Shown here piece after piece: positions 61,116-64,000 of a stretch of 64,000 nt of DNA (positions are counted from its first letter, which is position 1; each line of letters opens with the position of its first letter). Under the pieces are notes generated by a model. It was not told the origin of the DNA. It saw nothing but the letters and a program-made list of their open reading frames with translations, and ran no database searches. The stretch is from NCBI GenBank assembly GCA_050950285.1, contig JBMNHG010000008.1, positions 682,001-746,000 of the forward strand, given 5' to 3'. The position numbers were made by a program, and so were the translations under genes. The stretch is from Kiritimatiellia bacterium. Lineage in GTDB: Bacteria; Verrucomicrobiota; Kiritimatiellia; RFP12; JBMNHG01.

Positions 61116-62400
61116 CGTTGCCCTCGCTTTTTATGGGAGCGCTCCACCACCAAGCCAAGCCATGATAACCCAAATACTCGGCACCAGCTTCTATCGCAAC
61201 ATGATCTTTCCAGGATCCCAATGTGTCGAATTCGCCCGTACCTTCATTATCTGAGTAGCAGGCATAGAATAGGCCGATAGCTAGCTTATAAGGTGGAGAC
61301 ACTTCACACGGGAAGACGGCTCCATCAGCACTGCCGTTAATTCTCAACCCTAACGGGTATGCTCCATGACCCGCATAAACAAACCCGTATATATCCGGCG
61401 ATTTCCAAAGCGCCTTGAATACCGAAACATTGTCATTGTGTTTTCTGAAGACAACTTTATAGCCATTCGCCTCGTAGTGTTCAGATAGTTTCTCTGCTTT
61501 ACTACGAAAGTTTGCAACTACCGACAATGGGCTATCATACCATGATGGTTTTGACGTAAACACAACAATCTCGTTTGGCACGGAAACCTCACAGGGAATT
61601 TTACCGTTAGGGCTACTACTGTCGTTATGAATCTTTGCCCATTTATGAATCTCATTTATGTCTAGCTTCAAAAGTTCGGCCAACTTTTCAAATGTATCCG
61701 CGTTTTCTCGAATGTAAACTCTGCGCTTGCCGCCGTCAACCGTTTCGCCTTTTTTCCAAAGGCCCAAAACATCGTTGTCGCTAACAAGATTGTTTCGAAC
61801 AACCTCATATAAATTCCATCCATCACCTTCCTCAATCGGATCCCTGTTCAGCCAGCGCATCAGTTCCGGCACGTAGAAGCGGTAGCCGTAGTAGTAGAGC
61901 CTTGTCTCGGCATCGTAGTACTTCGTGCTGAAGCGGTGGCGGAAGGCGTCGGCCATGGAGCCGGTGGCGGCGATAGTACGCCCGAAGGCGTCGTAGGTGT
62001 ACTCGGCGACGATGGCACCCTGTTCGTCGGCGTAGGCGAGCACATTTCCATTGTTGTCGTAGAACGGGAAGTACCATGCGCCGTTGAGCGAGACGGCCAG
62101 CAAACCGCCTACACCACCCGCGCCCTGGAGCGTGCCGGAGAGATCCTTGCCCCAGACGTAGTGGTTGGTTGTCGTGTCGGATGCGGTTGAAATTGTTTCC
62201 TGCACCAGATTCCAATCGTCATAGAGGTAGGTGTGCGTCGCGGTTGGGGTGACTTTCAACACGCGTCTGCTCATGTGGTCGTAGGCGTTGGAAATAACGC
62301 CGCCGAAGCCGTCGTAGGCGTGAAGTGTGCCGGGCCGACCGGTGCGGGTCGCGCACAGGAATCGGGAGGAGGAACCGTCGTGGAAGTTGGAGATTATGCC
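61102..62400 (-). CDS. Orphan Rhs cassette 2: core end plus C-terminal LysM-like and caspase/gingipain-like domains
   Basis: SNAYDHMSRRVLK...GGVGGLLAV...RWLNRDPIEE...DVLG core; tip has DTFEKLAELL...I.KW, YAGHG and FYACYS. Confidence 0.82.
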   Translation of the reverse strand, partial: GIISNFHDGSSSRFLCATRTGRPGTLHAYDGFGGVISNAYDHMSRRVLKVTPTATHTYLYDDWNLVQETISTASDTTTNHYVWGKDLSGTLQGAGGVGGLLAVSLNGAWYFPFYDNNGNVLAYADEQGAIVAEYTYDAFGRTIAATGSMADAFRHRFSTKYYDAETRLYYYGYRFYVPELMRWLNRDPIEEGDGWNLYEVVRNNLVSDNDVLGLWKKGETVDGGKRRVYIRENADTFEKLAELLKLDINEIHKWAKIHNDSSSPNGKIPCEVSVPNEIVVFTSKPSWYDSPLSVVANFRSKAEKLSEHYEANGYKVVFRKHNDNVSVFKALWKSPDIYGFVYAGHGAYPLGLRINGSADGAVFPCEVSPPYKLAIGLFYACYSDNEGTGEFDTLGSWKDHVAIEAGAEYLGYHGLAWWWSAPIKSEGNDGNH

Positions 62401-62470
62401 AAGTGGCACAATGACGGACACGGCACGTCTACGAAAGTCACGAAGCGCCTTTGATAACACGATAGTTTCC

Positions 62471-62785
62471 CTAAACAAAAAGGAATTCGGCAAGTAAGAA
62501 AGCAAAAAGGAGGACAAATAAAACCGCATGGCAACTTTGCTCTCGTCGGACAACAGACGTGACCCAGAAAAAAACACCCAGAATAGCAAAACAATAGGAT
62601 TGCTTCTCAAACATTTGTCCTTCGTTAAGAGCTCGTTTAAGCATGGCCGAAAGTATTCGGTTTCTTTCACTTGCAGTTGCGACACCTATAGACACATTGG
62701 AAAACCTTGTTTTAGAAACAAGATTTGTAATCAAAGCAAAAACAAAGAAAGACATGGACAACAAATAAAAAGTTTTTTTTCGCAT
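62471..62785 (-). CDS. 104-aa membrane protein, candidate immunity for Rhs cassette 3
   Basis: Starts 4 nt after the toxin stop; three hydrophobic segments; very AT-rich. Confidence 0.62.
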   Translation of the reverse strand: MRKKTFYLLSMSFFVFALITNLVSKTRFSNVSIGVATASERNRILSAMLKRALNEGQMFEKQSYCFAILGVFFWVTSVVRREQSCHAVLFVLLFAFLLAEFLFV

Positions 62786-62789
62786 GGTT

Positions 62790-64000
62790 TTAATCCATTA
62801 AGGCCTCTGAACAAGCCTGTTGCGCAGAAATCGCACAGTTCTCACGCCCTAGCCCATAAGTGCAGTAATGGTGCGCAAGTTCATGCACTAAGAGGGAAGC
62901 CAGGGTAACACTGTCCAATTCTTTGCACTTGCTGTCACACACACCGATACCCATCCCTGGCATTGTCCATGCGGCGAAACCCAACATACAAGGGATCTTC
63001 CAGTTTCCATGACACGCCACTGACCTGCTTGGGGTCCCTAGAGAATAATTATGGCCATGTTCTTTAAACCATTCCTTACATGTGCCTTCTCTAATCGCAC
63101 GATTTGCGCGGCGGACAGCATCGTCGATTTCTGGACAACATTTACAGCCGCTATATGTCAAATCTAAGCCGAGATAATCGGAAAACAGCAGTGGGTTGTT
63201 TTGAACAAACAGGTAAGTTGGACGCAAGGAGCGTTCTCGCCAATGTTTGCTTTCGGAACGATTCATGTCACTCGTGTACTGTTGCAAGAAGGCTTCGTCA
63301 CCCAATGGGTCTCTGGATAGCCACCTCCCCAATAGAGGGCAGTAGTTACGGAGTTGGTACATGACCAGTCCGGTCTCGGAATCGTGGTACTTGGTCGAGA
63401 AACGGAAGGCGAAGGTGTCGGCCATGGAGCTGGTAGCCTCAATGGTGCAACCGAAGGCGTCGTAGGCGTACTCGGCGACGATTGTTCCGTTCTCGTCAAC
63501 ATAGGCCGTGATATTGCCGTTATTATCGTAGAACGGGAAGTACCATGCGCCGTTGAGCGAGACGGCCAACAGTCCGCCGACGCCGCCGGCACCCTGCATA
63601 CTTCCAGACAAATCGCGTCCCCAAACGTAATGGTTGGTTGTCGTGCCGGATGCGGTTGAAATTGTTTCCTGCACCAGATTCCAATCGTCATAGAGGTAGG
63701 TGTGCGTCGCGGTTGGGGTGACTTTCAACACGCGTCTGCTCATGTGGTCGTAGGCGTTGGACACCACGCACAGGCCGTTGGAATAGGCTGCGACGAGGCG
63801 GTTCTCCGCATCATACGTGTAGTTGAAACGCCCGTCCCACGTCATATTGCCGTCGAGATCGTATGCGGGAGAAATTTGGACAGGATTGACATGATTGACA
63901 TGATTGGAAATCAGGAAATACTGGTTCAGTTCGTTGGCGGTATAGATGTTCGTGACGGCGTTAAGCGAGGTCCACAGCGCGTTGCCTATGTTGTCGAAGG
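62790..64000 (-). CDS. Rhs protein/cassette 3 (5' part beyond the window) with C-terminal HExxH metallopeptidase-like toxin
   Basis: Core motifs as in cassettes 1 and 2, DYLG boundary, Cys-rich tip with LLVHELAHHYC. Confidence 0.87.
   Translation of the reverse strand, partial: FDNIGNALWTSLNAVTNIYTANELNQYFLISNHVNHVNPVQISPAYDLDGNMTWDGRFNYTYDAENRLVAAYSNGLCVVSNAYDHMSRRVLKVTPTATHTYLYDDWNLVQETISTASGTTTNHYVWGRDLSGSMQGAGGVGGLLAVSLNGAWYFPFYDNNGNITAYVDENGTIVAEYAYDAFGCTIEATSSMADTFAFRFSTKYHDSETGLVMYQLRNYCPLLGRWLSRDPLGDEAFLQQYTSDMNRSESKHWRERSLRPTYLFVQNNPLLFSDYLGLDLTYSGCKCCPEIDDAVRRANRAIREGTCKEWFKEHGHNYSLGTPSRSVACHGNWKIPCMLGFAAWTMPGMGIGVCDSKCKELDSVTLASLLVHELAHHYCTYGLGRENCAISAQQACSEALMD

Larger units (their letters stand above)
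59780..64000. repeat. Three dispersed direct repeats of Rhs core DNA
   Basis: About 59780-60390 matches 63390-64000 (offset 3610), and about 59700-60150 matches 61840-62291 (offset 2141). Confidence 0.9.

Noticed and set aside
62400..62685. N-terminal extension of the 61102-62685 ORF
   Set aside because: Overlaps the 62471-62785 membrane gene in another frame and has no Rhs similarity; cassette 2 is better read as a start-less orphan
59700..64000. Diversity-generating retroelement TR/VR pair among the Rhs repeats
   Set aside because: Differences between copies are not adenine-specific by eye and no reverse transcriptase is present

Overview
Window from a very GC-rich bacterium; gene content and protein style suggest a PVC-superphylum organism, probably Kiritimatiellae-like (inference, not verifiable here). 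Positions 1-52500 are a chromosomal backbone (SMP-30 lactonase, tRNA-His, dxr, rarA, PPi-dependent PFK, M50 protease, pheST, nudC, PglD/PglE-like genes, cca, GH43, UroD-like enzyme, GH16) interleaved with five large signal-peptide proteins. All five end in the same 7-residue tail, G-[TV]-(4 hydrophobic)-[RK]-stop, a candidate undescribed sorting signal. An ISKra4/ISLre2-type element (24367-26082) sits between the pheS and nudC promoters and expresses two divergent genes from a perfect 56-bp palindrome that reads as an identical sigma70 promoter plus RBS on both strands. An IS1380 splits the GH16 gene. From about 52500 the non-IS DNA is visibly more AT-rich and holds IS1634, two IS630 elements and an array of three Rhs C-terminal toxin/immunity cassettes running off the window end. 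Several apparent frameshifts in homopolymer or dinucleotide runs may be sequencing errors.
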